Below are positions 1 to 13,964 of a stretch of 64,000 nucleotides of DNA, one piece after another. Source of the DNA: Chiloscyllium plagiosum (Eukaryota); the NCBI RefSeq assembly GCF_004010195.1, contig NC_057718.1, positions 55,544,422 through 55,608,421 on the forward strand, read 5' to 3'. The notes under the pieces were generated by a model. It ran no database searches and was not told where the DNA came from. It worked only from the letters and a program-made list of their open reading frames with translations. Made by a program: the position numbers and the translations under genes. How positions within the stretch are numbered: position 1 is the first letter of the stretch; every line of letters starts with the position of its first letter.

Positions 1-1139
1 AAGTACATGCTCGGAACGAATTAACATCAAGTCATAATAAAACCCGTATTCATGGTGATGTTTAAAAGTGTCACATTATCAGTTTTTCACACTGCTGGAA
101 CCCTCCCAGAATTCAATGTGTTATGACATGGAGACAAACATTTAGGAGCTAAATCAAATCAGTCCTCATAACAACAGTGTTTATAATAAAGTAAAATTAA
201 AACCTTCAAAGACCCAAAAATTGACCCCAATGGTTCCTAACCAGACATTTTCAATAACCAGTCTGAGACTTTATGAATAATCAGTACTTGACACTTGATA
301 GCTTAAACAAAATACTTCATAATTTACAAATAATACGGTAACATTAGCAAAGCAAAATTAAATAATAAAATAAAGTCACAAGAGACACAAACACAGTTAA
401 GGGATAAATTTAAGAAAAGGAAACATAAAACTGGTCAGATCATTTAAGCAGTTTCCATGATGTGCTGCTTCACTGGTATGTGAAATGATCTCTTGATTTT
501 GGAAGATGTTGATCAATGCTGTTTGAGTTCACTCTGAAGATGCAATTAAAGCTATAACGTACTAGAAACAAAAATGTTGGAGATCACAACAGGTCAGGCA
601 GCAGCTATGGAGAGAAAGCAAGCTAGTTTCTATTCACTGAACTACCAATAGCTGATAATGGTAGATTAGGCAGAGGGCTTTCAAATCTCCATGCTGCAGC
701 ATCAACTGCCAGACTCCTCTCCCTCAGAACCCTCCAGGTCAAAAATATTCCAACCTCTCCTTCCGTTTGGTCATCATTTTCTCCCAGACTTGCTGGCATC
801 AGTTGTCAGATACTGACTTCATGAGGAGTCAAACATCTGCTCCCTAAGCATACTGCTGCTCTGGAGTTGAAAATTCTATGGAGTTCTTTGAACAAGAACT
901 AAACTGCAGTTAAGTTTCAGGCTTGGCCTCAAAAACAAATAATAGCTTGTTTGTTCTATTTGATTTTAACGTGAATTACTTATCACTGTCCTAAGATCAC
1001 CTATCAATTCTTAGCTCACGTTCACAGCTGCAAACCAAAAATTGATTAGAGTGAAAATGAAGAAATCAGCGTGGGTTCTAAGAACTGATTTTGGAATACT
1101 TTGACCAGTACCTTTGTAATCTCTACAGCTACTTCAAGT

Positions 1140-1940
1140 CAGAGATATCAGCAGCAAAATAAAAGGCCCTTTGGCCTGTTGAGTCTGTGCCAGTCAAAAG
1201 CAAGCACAAGTATTCCAATCCCATTTTTGAGCACTTGGACTATAGTCTTGTATGTTTTAGCATGACAAGTACACATCTAAATACTTCTTAAATGTTAAGT
1301 GTTTGTGCCCCTACCATCCTTTATAGGCAGTAAGTTCCAGATTCCTATCATCCTCGGGTTGAAATCCTTTTCCCCTTACATCACCTCTAAACTTTTTGCT
1401 TCTTACCTTAAATCTGTGCCACCAAAGGGAAAGTTCCTTTCTGTCTATCCTATCTATGCCTTTCATAACTTTATACATCTCAATCATGTTTCTCTCCATC
1501 TTTTCTGCTCCAAGGAAGACCACTTCAGTCGTTCTTCATAGTAAAACTCTCCAGCTTAAGTAACATCCAGTACTGCACATACAACTCTAGCTGTGGTCTC
1601 CAACACTTTGTATAGATCCAGCATATCGCAGTTGCTATTAAACTCTATGCCTCGGCTAATATCCATATATCTTCTTAGCCACTTTATCTACCTGTCCTGC
1701 TACTTTAAGTGACAGAGAGGTGTGTACACCAAGGTCCCTCTGATCCTTGGTGCTTTCCAGGGTTCGACCATTCATGTATTTCCTTGCTGTGTTTGTCCTG
1801 TCCAAGTGCATCATCCCACACTTAACTAGATTGATCAGTGACAAATTGAATTCAATCATCTGACGAGCCCATCTATATCCTCCTGTAATCTAAGGCTCTC
1901 CTCCTCACTATTTACCACCCCCCATTTTTGTAATGTATCA
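1140..1940 (-). mobile_element. CR1-clade LINE 3' fragment, decayed
   Basis: Minus ORFs 1311..1523 (MIEMYKVMKGIDRID) and 1656..1859 (DQRDLGVH) match the CR1 ORF2 C-terminus. Confidence 0.8.
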
Positions 1941-1947
1941 TAAAACA

Positions 1948-4060
1948 CTTAGAGTCATAGAGCTGTACAGCACGGAAACAGACTCTTCAGTCCAATTCGT
2001 CCATGCGACCAGATATCCCTATCTAATCTAGTCCCATTAGCCAGCAGCCGGCCCATATTCCTCAAAACTCTTCCAATTCATATACCTATCCAGATGCCTT
2101 TTAAATGTTGCAATTGTACTAGCCTCCACCACTTCCTTTGGCAGCTCATTCCAGACACGTATCACCCTCTGTGTGAAAAAGTTGTCCTTTTATATCTTTT
2201 ATATCTTTCCCTCTCACCATAAACCGATGCCCTCTAGTTCTGGACTCCCCAACCCCAGGGAAAAGACTTTGCCTATTTATCCTATCCATGCCCCTCATGA
2301 TTTTATAAAACTTAGTCTCCAACACTCCAGGGAAAATAGCCTCAGCCTATTCAACCTCTCTTTATAGCACAAATCCTTCAATCCTGGCAACATCCTTGTA
2401 AATCTTTTCTGAACCCTTTCAAGTTTCACAACATCCTTCCAATTGGAAGGAGACCAAAATTGTACGCAATATTCCAACAGTGGCCTAACCAATGTCCTGT
2501 GCAGCTGCAACATGACCTCCCAACTCCTGTACTCAATACTCTGACCAATAAGAGGAAACATACCAAATGCCTTCTTCACTATCCTATCTACCTGTGACTC
2601 CACTTTCAAAGAGCTATGAACCTGCACTCCAAGGTCTCTTTGTTCAGCAACACTACGTAGCACCTTACCATTAAATGTATAAGTCCTGCTAAGATTTGCT
2701 TTCCCAAAATGCAGCACCTCACATTTATCTAAATTAAACTCCATTTGTCAGTCCTCAGCCCAATGCCCTATCTGATCAAAAACCCATTTGTCTGAGGTAA
2801 CCTTCTTTGCTGTCCACTACACTTCCAATTTTGGTGTCATCTGCAAACTTACTAACTATACCTCTTATGCTTACATCCAAATCATTTGTATAAATGATGA
2901 AAAGTAGTGGACCCAGCACCGATCCTTGTGGCACTCCACTGGTCATTGGCCTCCAGTCTGAAAAACAACTGTCCACCACCACCTTCTGTCTTCTATCTTT
3001 GAGCCAGTTCTGTATCCAAATGGTGAGTTCTCCCTGTATTCCATGCGATTTAACCTTGCCAACCAGTCTCCCATGGGGAACCTTGTCGAATACCTTACTG
3101 AAGTCCATATAGATCACCGCTCTGCCCTCATCAATCCACTTTGTTACTTCTTCAAAAGACTCAATCAAGTTTGTGAGACATGCCCCGCACAAACCCATTT
3201 TGACTATCCCTAAGCAGTCCTTGCCTTTCCAAATATGGGGGAACCTCGATTATCCGAACGAGATGAGTGGGCACTATTTAGTTCAGATAATCAATTATTC
3301 GATTAATCGATTAAATGCCTTTTCTCTGGGGCTCGGAGTTTTTAAAGTCTGCTTCCTGTTCAGGAGACTGCAGCAGTACACAGTGCGCGAGACCCCGTCC
3401 CCAACATCCAACACCGTGCCCCCAGTCCCCGCCCGCTCCCAACCCTGTCCAACACCACTCCCAGCCTGCGCCCCCCCTCCCCCAACCCCTCTCTGGGGCA
3501 GCCAGAATGGACACCAACAACAAAACTGCTGCAGCTGCCTTTGTGGGGTAAGTCTCCAAATAGCACACACAGCCACAGCCACACACAAAATGTTTTACTG
3601 CAACCTTTTGACAGATTCCACGTTTGCCCTGCGCAGGACAATGTTGGAGAGATTATCTGGAGAAGAGGGGATGGTTTAGGGTACACCCCCCTGTAGAACT
3701 CCAGGGAAAATGTGGGGAGAGAGAGAGGGTGGGAGGTCAGTCATTTGGAGATGGTGCCTGTTTAATCACTGCAAACAAAAGACTCGATCACTGTTGGAAA
3801 CACTTCTTTGCTGTATTTTTCCACGGGACCTCAAGATCTCCTTTGGATAATCTGATTTTCGGATAATTGGTTTTCGATATTCGTGGTTCCTCTGTACATG
3901 TACATCCTGTCCCTCTGGTTCCCTCCAACAATTTGCCCACCACTGATGTTAGGCTCACCGGTCTTTAGTTCCCTGGCTTGTACTTACCACCTTTCTTAAA
4001 TAGTGGCACCACGTTAGCCAACCTCCAGTCTTCTGGTACCTCACCTGTGCCTATCGATGA
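1948..4060 (-). mobile_element. CR1/HER1-type LINE (RT to 3' tail), split by a MITE at 3236-3894
   Basis: RT motifs YMDFSKVFDKVPH, GVPQGSVLGPLLF, KFADDTK and WRLANVVPLFKKG; tail agagtcatagag at about 1950. Confidence 0.92.
3236..3894. mobile_element. Tc1-mariner/pogo (Tigger-like) non-autonomous MITE
   Basis: Imperfect terminal inverted repeats ggggaacctcgattatccgaa ... ttcgatattcgtggttcctctg, with TA on both sides (3234-3235, 3895-3896). Removing it restores the CR1 sequence ccaaata|catgtacatcc. Confidence 0.8.
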
Positions 4061-4424
4061 TTCAATGTTGCAAGTTATCACGTCCTGGCAACTTATTCCT
4101 TTCAGTATTATTGTTTTGTCAAATACTCTGACCCTCATGATAGAGATGTTAAAAGATCTTTCCTCCAATTCAGCCCTATCTTAACAGTTATCTTTTGGGT
4201 ATTTATAGTGTCCATCACTATGAAGATGGATGCAAAAAATTGATTGAAATGATCTGCAATTTCCTTACCTGCCATTATTAATTTCCCAGGTTCATCCTCC
4301 AGTGGTCATCCTCCACTTGTTTCAGCAAATGCCTATTTATATACCCAGAGAAGCTTTTGCTGTTTGTTTTTATATTTCTTACCAATTTACTTCCCTAATC
4401 AACATTCCCTAATCAAAAAAGATA

Positions 4425-5282
4425 TGCAGGAAAACCACACACACAGACCAAGTCCTGAACTACGAAAGCAACCACCCCAACACACAAAGAAGTTGCATCA
4501 AGACAGTGTTCAAAAGGGCCACAACATACTGCAGCACACCAGAACTGCAAAAAGAGGAAGAAGAACACCTCTACAATGTATTCTCCAAAAAACGGATACC
4601 CCCGCAATTTCATCAACAGGTGCCCAAGGAAAAGACAACGGAATGAGGACGTGCCATAACCCAAAGGACTAACCACATTACCATACATCAAGAACATTTC
4701 TGAACTGACAGCCAGACTACTTCGACCACTAGGACTCATAACAGCACATAAAACAACAGCCACCAGGACAACATCTCACCAGGACAAAGGATCCGATACC
4801 CAGCATAAGCAAAACCAACGTAGTGTACAAAATCCCATGCAAGGACTGCACAAAACACTACATAGGACAAACATGAAGACAGCTAACGATCCGTATCCAT
4901 GAACACCAACTAGCCACAAAAGGACACGACCAGCTATCCTTAGTAGCCGCACACACACATGACAAGCAACATGAGTTCGACTGGGACAACACTACTATTA
5001 TAGGACAAGCCAAACAGAGAACAGCCAGGGAATTCCTAGAGGCATGGCACTCATCCACAGATTCTATCAACAAACACATCACCCTGGACCCAATATACCG
5101 GCCACTGCAGCGGACAGCTGGAACTGACAACCGGAAGCGGCAGAGACAAACCACTATAAATGCCAGAGGAAATATCACAGAAGCGCTTCACAGGAGGCTC
5201 CCAAGCACTGAGGATGTCACCTAGACAGGGGACGAAACATCTGCAGCACAAATTCCCAGCTTGGTGAACAGAACCACAACGA
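4425..5282 (+). mobile_element. 5'-truncated PLE (family A): RT thumb, GIY-YIG and pLTR
   Basis: Near-identical to 55670-56532; encodes NVVYKIPCKDCTKHYIGQT; hammerhead motif at 5205-5244. Confidence 0.9.
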
Positions 5283-5741
5283 CATTCTCTCTTTATTAGC
5301 TTTTTAGTTATTTGCTGCTGGTTCCTAATATTTCTACTTTGCTTTTTTTTCTGCTTTGTATGCCTTAGTTTTTGAATGGATGCTCTCCTTAACTATTGTT
5401 CTTAATCATGGTGGTTCATCCTTCTCAACGAGTTCTCCTTTTTGACAAGAGTAAATTTTTGAGTGTTATGAAATGTCTGCTCAACTGTCTGCCACTGTAT
5501 GTTGATTGACATTTCCCCCTTCATCTATTTTTCCAGCACACCTTAGACAACTGTTTGTTCATATTTAATTGAGACCTGAGTTGTTGTTCTTCAAACTGAA
5601 ATTGAAATTCTACCAGGATGTGATCATTGTTCCCTAGAGGATTCTTAACTACAAGAGCTCTGATTAATCCTACCTCAATACACACTACTAGATTTGGAAT
5701 AGCTTGTTCTCAGGTGGGTTAGTCAACATACCTTTCTAAGA

Positions 5742-6665
5742 GGAAAAAGTGAGGACTACAGATGCTGGAGATCAGAGCTGAAAATGTGTTGCTGGAAAAG
5801 CGCAGCAGGTCAGGCAGCATCCAAGGAGCAGTAGAATCGACATTTCAGGCATAAGCCCTTCTTCAGGAATGAGGAAATTGTGTCCAGCAGGCTAAGATAA
5901 AAGGTAGGGAGGATGGACTTGGGGGAGAGGCGTTGGAAATGCGATAGGTGGAAGGAGGTCAAGGTGAGGGTGATAGGCCGGAGTGGGGGTGGGGGNNNNN
6001 NNNNNNNNNNNNNNNNNNNNNNNNNNNNNNNNNNNNNNNNNNNNNNNNNNNNNNNNNNNNNNNNNNNNNNNNNNNNNNNNNNNNNNNNNNNNNNNNNNNN
6101 NNNNNNNNNNNNNNNNNNNNNNNNNNNNNNNNNNNNNNNNNNNNNNNNNNNNNNNNNNNNNNNNNNNNNNNNNNNNNNNNNNNNNNNNNNNNNNNNNNNN
6201 NNNNNNNNNNNNNNNNNNNNNNNNNNNNNNNNNNNNNNNNNNNNNNNNNNNNNNNNNNNNNNNNNNNNNNNNNNNNNNNNNNNNNNNNNNNNNNNNNNNN
6301 NNNNNNNTGCCTGGAGTGGAGGTTGGGTTGGTGGGGGGTGTGGACCTGACGAGGGATTCACGGAGGGAGTGGTCTTTTCGGAACGCTGATAGGGCAGTGG
6401 AGGGAAATATATCCCTGGTGGTGGGGTCCGTTTGGAGATGGCGGAAATGATGGCGATGATACGCTGTATATGGAGGTTGGTGGGGTGGTAGGTGAGGACC
6501 AGTGGGGTTCTGTCCTGGTGGCGGTTGGAGGGGCGGGGCTCAAGGGCGGAGGAGCAGGAAATGGAGGAGATGCGGTAGAGGGCATCGTCGACCACGTCTG
6601 GGGGGAAATTGTGGTCTTTGAAGAAGGAGGCCATCTGGGTTGTACGGTATTGGAACTGGTCCACT
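5742..6665 (-). mobile_element. 5'-truncated PLE (family C) spanning an N gap
   Basis: Minus ORF (SFFKDHNFPPDVVDDAL...TPLVLTYHPTN) is PLE-like; 9-bp duplication tttctaaga at 5733-5741 and 6666-6674; hammerhead motif at about 5835-5870 (-). Confidence 0.85.
5996..6307. other. Assembly gap (312 N)
   Basis: Run of N. Confidence 1.
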
Positions 6666-7651
6666 TTTCTAAGAAGCAATCTTTGGTGTGCTCTACAAAT
6701 TCATTTCCCATGTTACCATTGCCATTCTGATTTGTCTACTTAATACGTAGATTATAATAATCCATGTTAATTGTAGTGCCCTTCTTCCATTTCTCCATTA
6801 GTTCCAAATTTATACTTTATCCTACAATGAGGCACCTCTTCGTGGGGTTATAGATGATCCCAGTCATGACTTCTTTCCCTTGCTCTTCCCTATTTCCAAC
6901 CAAATTGATTCCACGTCCCCATTTATCACACCTACTTCCCACCACACTGACAACCATCCTTTATTAATAAAGCTACCCCACTTCCTTTTCCTTTTTGTCA
7001 ATTTTTCTGGGCCATCGAATATTCTTGAATATTGAGTTCTCAGTCTTGGTCACTATGCAACCATGTTCCTGTAATAGCTATCAAGTCACATGCATTTATT
7101 TCTTCTTGTGTCATCAGCTCATCTAACTTATTAAAAATTCTGCAAGCATTCAGATGAAGACTCTTGAACATTTTACAATTATTATTTATTCTGGTTCCTG
7201 TTTCTATCGTACTCTTCCTATTTCACTTCAATTATTGTTTACCTCTCCACCAGCCTGCTGTTGTTTCATTTGATTTTTTTAAACTTCCCTTAAATTGAAC
7301 CATCCTACCTCCTCCACTCTCAAACACGCTTTCACATGCACGCTACCACACGTGCACACACACACACAAATTATTTTTTAAAGCCTTATCTACAATCCAC
7401 ATTAGACAAATTGTCAGGGCACCAATCCCAGCATGTTTCAAATGAAGCATTTCCAATGGAATAGCTCTCTCTCTTCTAGGTGCTAGTGTCCCATGAATTG
7501 GAACCCATTTCTTCCACACCAATCTTTAGGCCATGCATTTACCTCTCCAATTTTATTTGCCCTTCACCAATTTGCATGTGATATAGATTATTATCTTTGT
7601 GGTTCTGTTTTTTTAAAAAAAAAGACTCATGCTGCTTACAATCCCTCATCA

Positions 7652-8960
7652 GAACATAGAACATAGAAAAATACAGCGCAGTACAGGCCTTTTGAGCCTC
7701 GATGTTACGCCGATCCAAGCCCACCTAACCTACACTAGCCCACTATCCTCCATATGCCTATCCAATGCCCGTTTAAATGCCCATAAAGAGGGAGAGTCCA
7801 CCACTGCTACTGGCAGGGCATTCCATGAACTCACGACTCGCTGAGTAAAGAATCTACCCCTAACATCTGTCCTATACCTACCACCCCTTAATTTAAAGCT
7901 ATGCCCCCTCGTAATAGCTGACTCCATACGTGGAAAAAGGNNNNNNNNNNNNNNNNNNNNNNNNNNNNNNNNNNNNNNNNNNNNNNNNNNNNNNNNNNNN
8001 NNNNNNNNNNNNNNNNNNNNNNNNNNNNNNNNNNNNNNNNNNNNNNNNNNNNNNNNNNNNNNNNNNNNNNNNNNNNNNNNNNNNNNNNNNNNNNNNNNNN
8101 NNNNNNNNNNNNNNNNNNNNNNNNNNNNNNNNNNNNNNNNNNNNNNNNNNNNNNNNNNNNNNNNNNNNNNNNNNNNNNNNNNNNNNNNNNNNNNNNNNNN
8201 NNNNNNNNNNNNNNNNNNNNNNNNNNNNNNNNNNNNNNNNNNNNNNNNNNNNNNNNNNNNNNNNNNNNNNNNNNNNNNNNNNNNNNNNNNNNNNNNNNNN
8301 NNNNNNNNNNNNNNNNNNNNNNNNNNNNNNNNNNNNNNNNNNNNNNNNNNNNNNNNNNNNNNNNNNNNNNNNNNNNNNNNNNNNNNNNNNNNNNNNNNNN
8401 NNNNNNNNNNNNNNNNNNNNNNNNNNNNNNNNNNNNNNNNNNNNNNNNNNNNNNNNNNNNNNNNNNNNNNNNNNNNNNNNNNNNNNNNNNNNNNNNNNNN
8501 NNNNNNNNNNNNNNNNNNNNNNNNNNNNNNNNNNNNNNNNNNNNNNNNNNNNNNNNNNNNNNNNNNNNNNNNNNNNNNNNNNNNNNNNNNNNNNNNNNNN
8601 NNNNNNNNNNNNNNNNNNNNNNNNNNNNNNNNNNNNNNNNNNNNNNNNNNNNNNNNNNNNNNNNNNNNNNNNNNNNNNNNNNNNNNNNNNNNNNNNNNNN
8701 NNNNNNNNNNNNNNNNNNNNNNNNNNNNNNNNNNNNNNNNNNNNNNNNNNNNNNNNACCACATTTGTAGCCTCCAATCTTCTGGCACTACTCCTGTAGAC
8801 AACGAGGACATAAAAATCAAGGCCAATGGCTCTGCAATCTTCTCCCCTGCTTCCCAGAGAATCCTAGGATAAATGCCATCAGGCCCAGGGGACTTATCTA
8901 TTTTCACCCTTTCCAGAATTTCCCATACCTCAAAGCTGTCCATTCTAATTAATTGTCACT
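7652..8960 (-). mobile_element. Young CR1 LINE fragment spanning a gap
   Basis: KSPGPDGIYPRIL...VPEDWR and FFTQRVVSSWNALP; (agaacat)n tail at 7650-7670. Confidence 0.9.
7941..8756. other. Assembly gap (816 N)
   Basis: Run of N. Confidence 1.
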
Positions 8961-9099
8961 CAATATTCACCTTTTTCCTAGTCCTGCATAAAACATTGGT
9001 ACCAATTTGGACCCATGACAACTTGATCCTTCCCTTCAGCTCTAAATTCCTCTCCAACCAGAAGAGAATTTTACCAGGCTTCTTTAAATGTACTTTTTT

Positions 9100-9337
9100 G
9101 CTCTTCTTTAAAAGGGTAAAAGATGATGACTTTTCATGTCCACTGGCTTTTCTGCTGATGAAGTTGAATCCCTGGGTTGTTTGCAAGTTAGAACACAATG
9201 CAGGACAATGTAAAGGAGCCTTTTATAAGTACAGGAACTGTTTGTATGTTGGATCTTTAAAATTACATCCACGTATGGGATTGTGTTTGCAAGTACAGCA
9301 TTCGTAAGTTGAACATTCATAAATAGGGGACCCCCTG
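9100..9337. mobile_element. Tigger-like DNA transposon end
   Basis: Minus strand reads TA-CAGGGGGTCCCCTATTTATGAATGTTCAACTTACGAA, similar to the terminus at 55186; other end not found. Confidence 0.5.
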
Positions 9338-12300
9338 TAGTCACAGCCTAGATTATCGTCATTCACAAAATAGTCGAAAGAACTAGTATTTAAAAGCTTT
9401 ATCAGGTTGTTGGAAACAAAATTTAAAGTGAAACACTTTCAATTTTTGGGATATCTTCTTTATTGACTCCCTACATCTGTACTGAATTATAAATCCAGGA
9501 AGGCTTGTGAAGATGCTATTAAATAGGAGCCTCTTAGTCTTTTCAATGCCAGGTTTCCAATGATTAATCATGTTAATAAACCCTACCTCATCTTGAAAGC
9601 TTTGCTTGGTGATTTTCTCCATATTCATTTGATATTTCTGTAAACAACAGGTGGCCTACTGAAAAGAATTCAATCAAAAGACACGTATTACTCCTTGGAA
9701 ACCCAGCACAGACTAGATAGGTGAATGGTTTCCTTTTCTGTAACCATTCTCTGATTTTATGCTAAGTGTAAAAACAAGACTTTTCAATCAATCATTGCAA
9801 TTTGAATTAGAGTAGAATGTGGGAGTCAGTTAGCTCAGTTGGCTAGGCAGCCAGAATATGTTGCAAAATGATGCAAATTGTGCGGATCTAATCTGAGTTG
9901 TTGTGGAGACTTGCTTCTTTACATTGTCCTAGACTTATGGAATGGTGCTCTTCAAACTATATATAAAATAGTGTCTCAACTGCATTATGGTGCTTTCTTC
10001 TTTGAAAAAAACATTATAGTGAAATAAGAATGGTTGGTCATTGTAAAAATCAACTTGCATCATGGAGAACTATCCTTGGGCATTACTGCATTAAAAACAT
10101 CTTGTAAATTAAAGCACATAATCCAATGGTAATATTTGAAGGTGTGAAAAATTGTACATTTAGTTTTCCATATGTCTGGACCCTTCAGCTCGAATCTAGC
10201 TTGTTTGTAATGTGCTTCTAAAACTCTGTATCAGCAGACAAAATGATGCACAGAACAAATGTTTAAATCAGGATTCCAAAGAGGTTGTTTTAGGGCTGTG
10301 GATAGGAGGGAAGTATGGGCCATATGTGCATTTTGTAAGCAACCCCAAAGAAAATTGGATCACCTCCAAAATAAAATCAAATGCAGTTCATACACCGAAA
10401 TACAACTCCACACCCAGAAGAAGATATAGTCCAGTGTTTATTTATAGGGTCCCAATGAATCCCCAGTCGGTGCTCACCTTCTCGCCTATTTTTAAGCAAA
10501 TAATATAAACTAGTAATGAAAATAATACAATATCCCCTGTCTGTGTGTGTGTGTCTCTCTCTCTCTCAATTTGAAATTTTATGTACAACCAAAACAAATT
10601 AATTCAGAAAACTGCATATTCTGTACAAAGGAGATAACTCTTTTCTGAATTCATGAAAGATGGCTAGTTGAATTGAGAAAGGAAATCTTCAAAAATAAAT
10701 GGGTCAAAGCAAGACATCAACTGTCTAACTTCTTTTTGCAAAACAATGCATATATACAAAAAAAATTGCTAGATGTATAAGTTTATTTGCCCTTAAAGCA
10801 ATTTCTACTTCAGTTAATGTCAAAATATCAAAGCGAGCAATATTCTGGATGCTGGAAATAGGAAATAAAAACAGAAAATGCTGAAAATATTCTGCATGAA
10901 CATCTATGGAGAGAGAAACAAAATTAACATTTAAACTGTGCCACCTTTTATGATTGCTGTTATAAAAAGTCAACAACCTGTGAATAAAGTCAATGTTTGT
11001 TATGAAGGTACTATTCATTTAGACTGGAGCTGTCCTTGAGTTCAGCATAAAAGTGATCTAGATAAGCCCAACCATAAGATCTAGTACATTTAAGCAATGA
11101 TTTTGCCATCGGGAATAATGTATATGGTGGTCAGAGAGTGAATGTAAGATTACTACATCATGTGATTCCCACATTTTTGGGAGCATGGTGGCCATCTTCT
11201 GATGGTCAGGTTGAATCCTCATGAATATGTAAATATTGGATTTTGAAGAAATCTTTTGCATTCAAAGCTTATTTAAGTCTGTACTCACTCACTGTGTGAG
11301 TCATACACTGATTTGAAATTATCAGTAAAAAAACTCGTGGCAAGCAGGAATGGGAACTGAAGACACCTGCTAAATATTTTCTTTATTTTTCTTGAGGTTC
11401 CTTTTGGGCAGAAGTAGTATGTCTGAAGAAGAGGCAAATTTAGGATACCTCTTTCCTTGCATTTCCTGTCCCCACCAGATCACAATCATTCCATTTACTT
11501 TGATTCACATTCTTGCCTGTTTATAATAGCTACTATTTGCTGTGGAAAAGGCAGAATTGAATTTAAAACATCAAGAGGTTATTCTATCTGTAGAAGCCTG
11601 CATATCACCTAGTCTGGTTTTAAAAGCTAAACAAGCTTCTGAGTTCTGATTGTCAGTGAACAGAGGCGTTGACCGTATAGAACAATGAATTATATGGTAT
11701 ACAGTTAACTAACCTGTTATATGTAAAATAAGACTTGATTCAGAGGCTAAGTTGCATTGAAAGAGTATACATTCTGTTGCTTTAGAAATATACTGGAAAT
11801 TTTATGGCAGCACATGATACATTTCGATGCTTAATGTACAGATTTGATTTTTCTGCAGGTCTCTGCATCAAACCTTTACTTTGGTAATGAGTGGAAAAAA
11901 GTACACTCAGATTTCTATGCATTGCAAGATCTTTTTTATTTCAGTGCAGTGTAAAAACCTTATTAATAATTGCAATATTAGTGAGTGGAAATGATTTAAA
12001 GAAAAATTGGCCAGGAATTTACTTGCCCCTAGGAAGAATAGTGAAGCAGTAAAAATATGGGCAGCATGTTGGTTCAGCTTCCCAACTCGATCGTGTAGTC
12101 CAGGAATGTTTTGAAGGCAGTTCCAGTTGCAAAGAGGCTACCTGATTATGAAACAGGGATCCAGTTCATATAATTAAATTCCCTATTAGGAAACTTCTTA
12201 TATTGCTGTCAATGTTTTTCTGACTATGGGGTAATCTTTGCTACATGTAAGTGGAGGCAACCCCTTGCCATAGTTCGGGGCAAGGAAGGGACTGTGAGCA

Positions 12301-13044
12301 GGGAAGGCTATCCCTGTCGCCCCAACAATCTCTCCAAAGGGCATGTCCCTTTAATCTTTGGCTCCATTAGTATTATAACTTTTTTTAATAACGTGCCCAT
12401 CAAAGACTTCAGGTCACTGGTGTTCCTCAGCAGCAACCATTTCCCTTTTGGTGCTGTCAAGTCTTCAGAGTTGTCAGTCCTGTGATTGGGACTTTAGATG
12501 GTGGCATGTTCTCAGGTGGCCACTTAGGAGGTAGACTTTGCTGAAGTTCTTGAGCAGTGCTTAAAATCCATCTTTTAACCCCATGTTGGGGCTCGAATGC
12601 ACTTTGAAACATTTAGCCCATTTTATTTAGGTTTGGAGCTTTTGGTAGGATTGACAATTTTAGGATCTTTATAGTCAAAGTTTTCCATTCTGAAGTTCAA
12701 GATTGGTGTTCAGTGTGTTAGGTTATCATTTCTGCTATGGCTCAATTATTTGCTTTTCACTCACTATATACACTAATGAGATGTTGTATGTTTTAGTCTG
12801 TGAATTAGAAGCGATGAGCATGCAGAAACATTGTCTCTGGGAAGTTTCTTCTGAGGTGGTAGGTTTTGGTCTCCTATTTAAAGGCTATTTGGAAGTCATT
12901 TTATTTGCTGCAAGCCGGGAGCTTCATAAGAGCTTGTGTTGGCCTCCCTCAACCCTCTTGAAGATGCCACATAAGAAGCCAAAATTTGCCCCATGGTTCA
13001 GTTATACCTCCTAAGAGTTTCTATTGGATCCTGTCCAGGAAATA

Positions 13045-13940
13045 AAGAATATAAGACCTGGAGCAGAAGTATGCTAATCAGCCCATGATGTCTACTCTGC
13101 CATTCAGTGGGATCATAGCTGATCTGATAATTGTTAACTCCTCCACTTTGTTGCCTTATCTTTTGATTCCCTTTCTGATTAAAATGCTGTCCCTCCAGAC
13201 CTTAAATGTACGTAATTATCCAGCCTGAACAGCCCTTTGCAGTAAAGAATTCCACAGATTCACTGCACTCTGAGAGCACAAAATCCTCCTAATTTCTATC
13301 TCAAATGTGCTGCTATTTATTCAGTGATTATGCCCTCTGGTGCTAGACTCTCCTACAAAGGAAATAATCTTTCTGTATCACGTCAAGTTCCCGAAGAATC
13401 TTATATGTTTCAATAAGGTCACCTCTTTCCTTTAAATTCCAAAGTGTAAAGGTCCAACCTACTCAACCTGTCCTCATAGGACAGTCCCTCTGTGCCTCCA
13501 ATGCCAGTACACGTTTCCTAAGATTAGAGGCTCAAAACTGTTCACAGTATTCCAAGTGTGGTCTGACTGCTAATTTGTATAGTTTTAGTAAACCGTTCTT
13601 ACTTTGAAATAAAGGCCAACATTCCATTTGTCTTCCCCATTACTTGGATGCTTATTTTTTGTAATTTGTTGTCAGGGATCCCACATTACTCCATAGTATT
13701 TCTCAATTTAAATAATATTCAGTTCCTGTAAACTCTCTGGCAAAGAAACCTCACATTTTTCCATAAAATATTCCATCTGCTTTTTCCCTTCTCACGTAAT
13801 GCAGCCAGATTCCTTTATGTCATCCTCATCACTTGACTTCCCAATTGTTACCTGCAAACTTGACAAGAGTGCATTTCCTTTCTACATCAAAGCCATTAAT
13901 ATATATTGTGGACAACTGTGGTCCTAATTGATTTGGAGTG
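13045..13940 (-). mobile_element. Decayed CR1 LINE 3' portion
   Basis: LGPQLSTIYING and VKFAG remnants; same tail family as 36145-36660. Confidence 0.7.
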
Positions 13941-13964
13941 GGTATCCCTTTGTTACCCAGCAAC

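Larger units (their letters stand above)
4060..7260 (-). mobile_element. Old CR1-like LINE hosting two PLE insertions
   Basis: Decayed LINE ORF2-like sequence resumes on both sides of the inserts at 4425-5282 and 5742-6665. Confidence 0.55.

Noticed and set aside
118..1126. Possible solo LTR (TG...CA), and a similar one at about 42077-43050
   Set aside because: No convincing target-site duplication or second copy in the window.
3173..3686. Overlapping GC-rich ORFs on both strands
   Set aside because: Low-complexity MITE interior with no domain.
5810..8943. Long ORFs of 133-351 aa
   Set aside because: Artefacts of reading through N gaps.
8956..9628. Cluster of short minus-strand ORFs suggesting a pseudogene
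   Set aside because: No recognisable protein, and part of it is a Tigger-like terminus at 9337.
11859..11883. Possible 25-nt micro-exon (ttttctgcAG...GTaatg)
   Set aside because: Frameshifting length, weak donor and no EML similarity; cannot be supported without RNA data.
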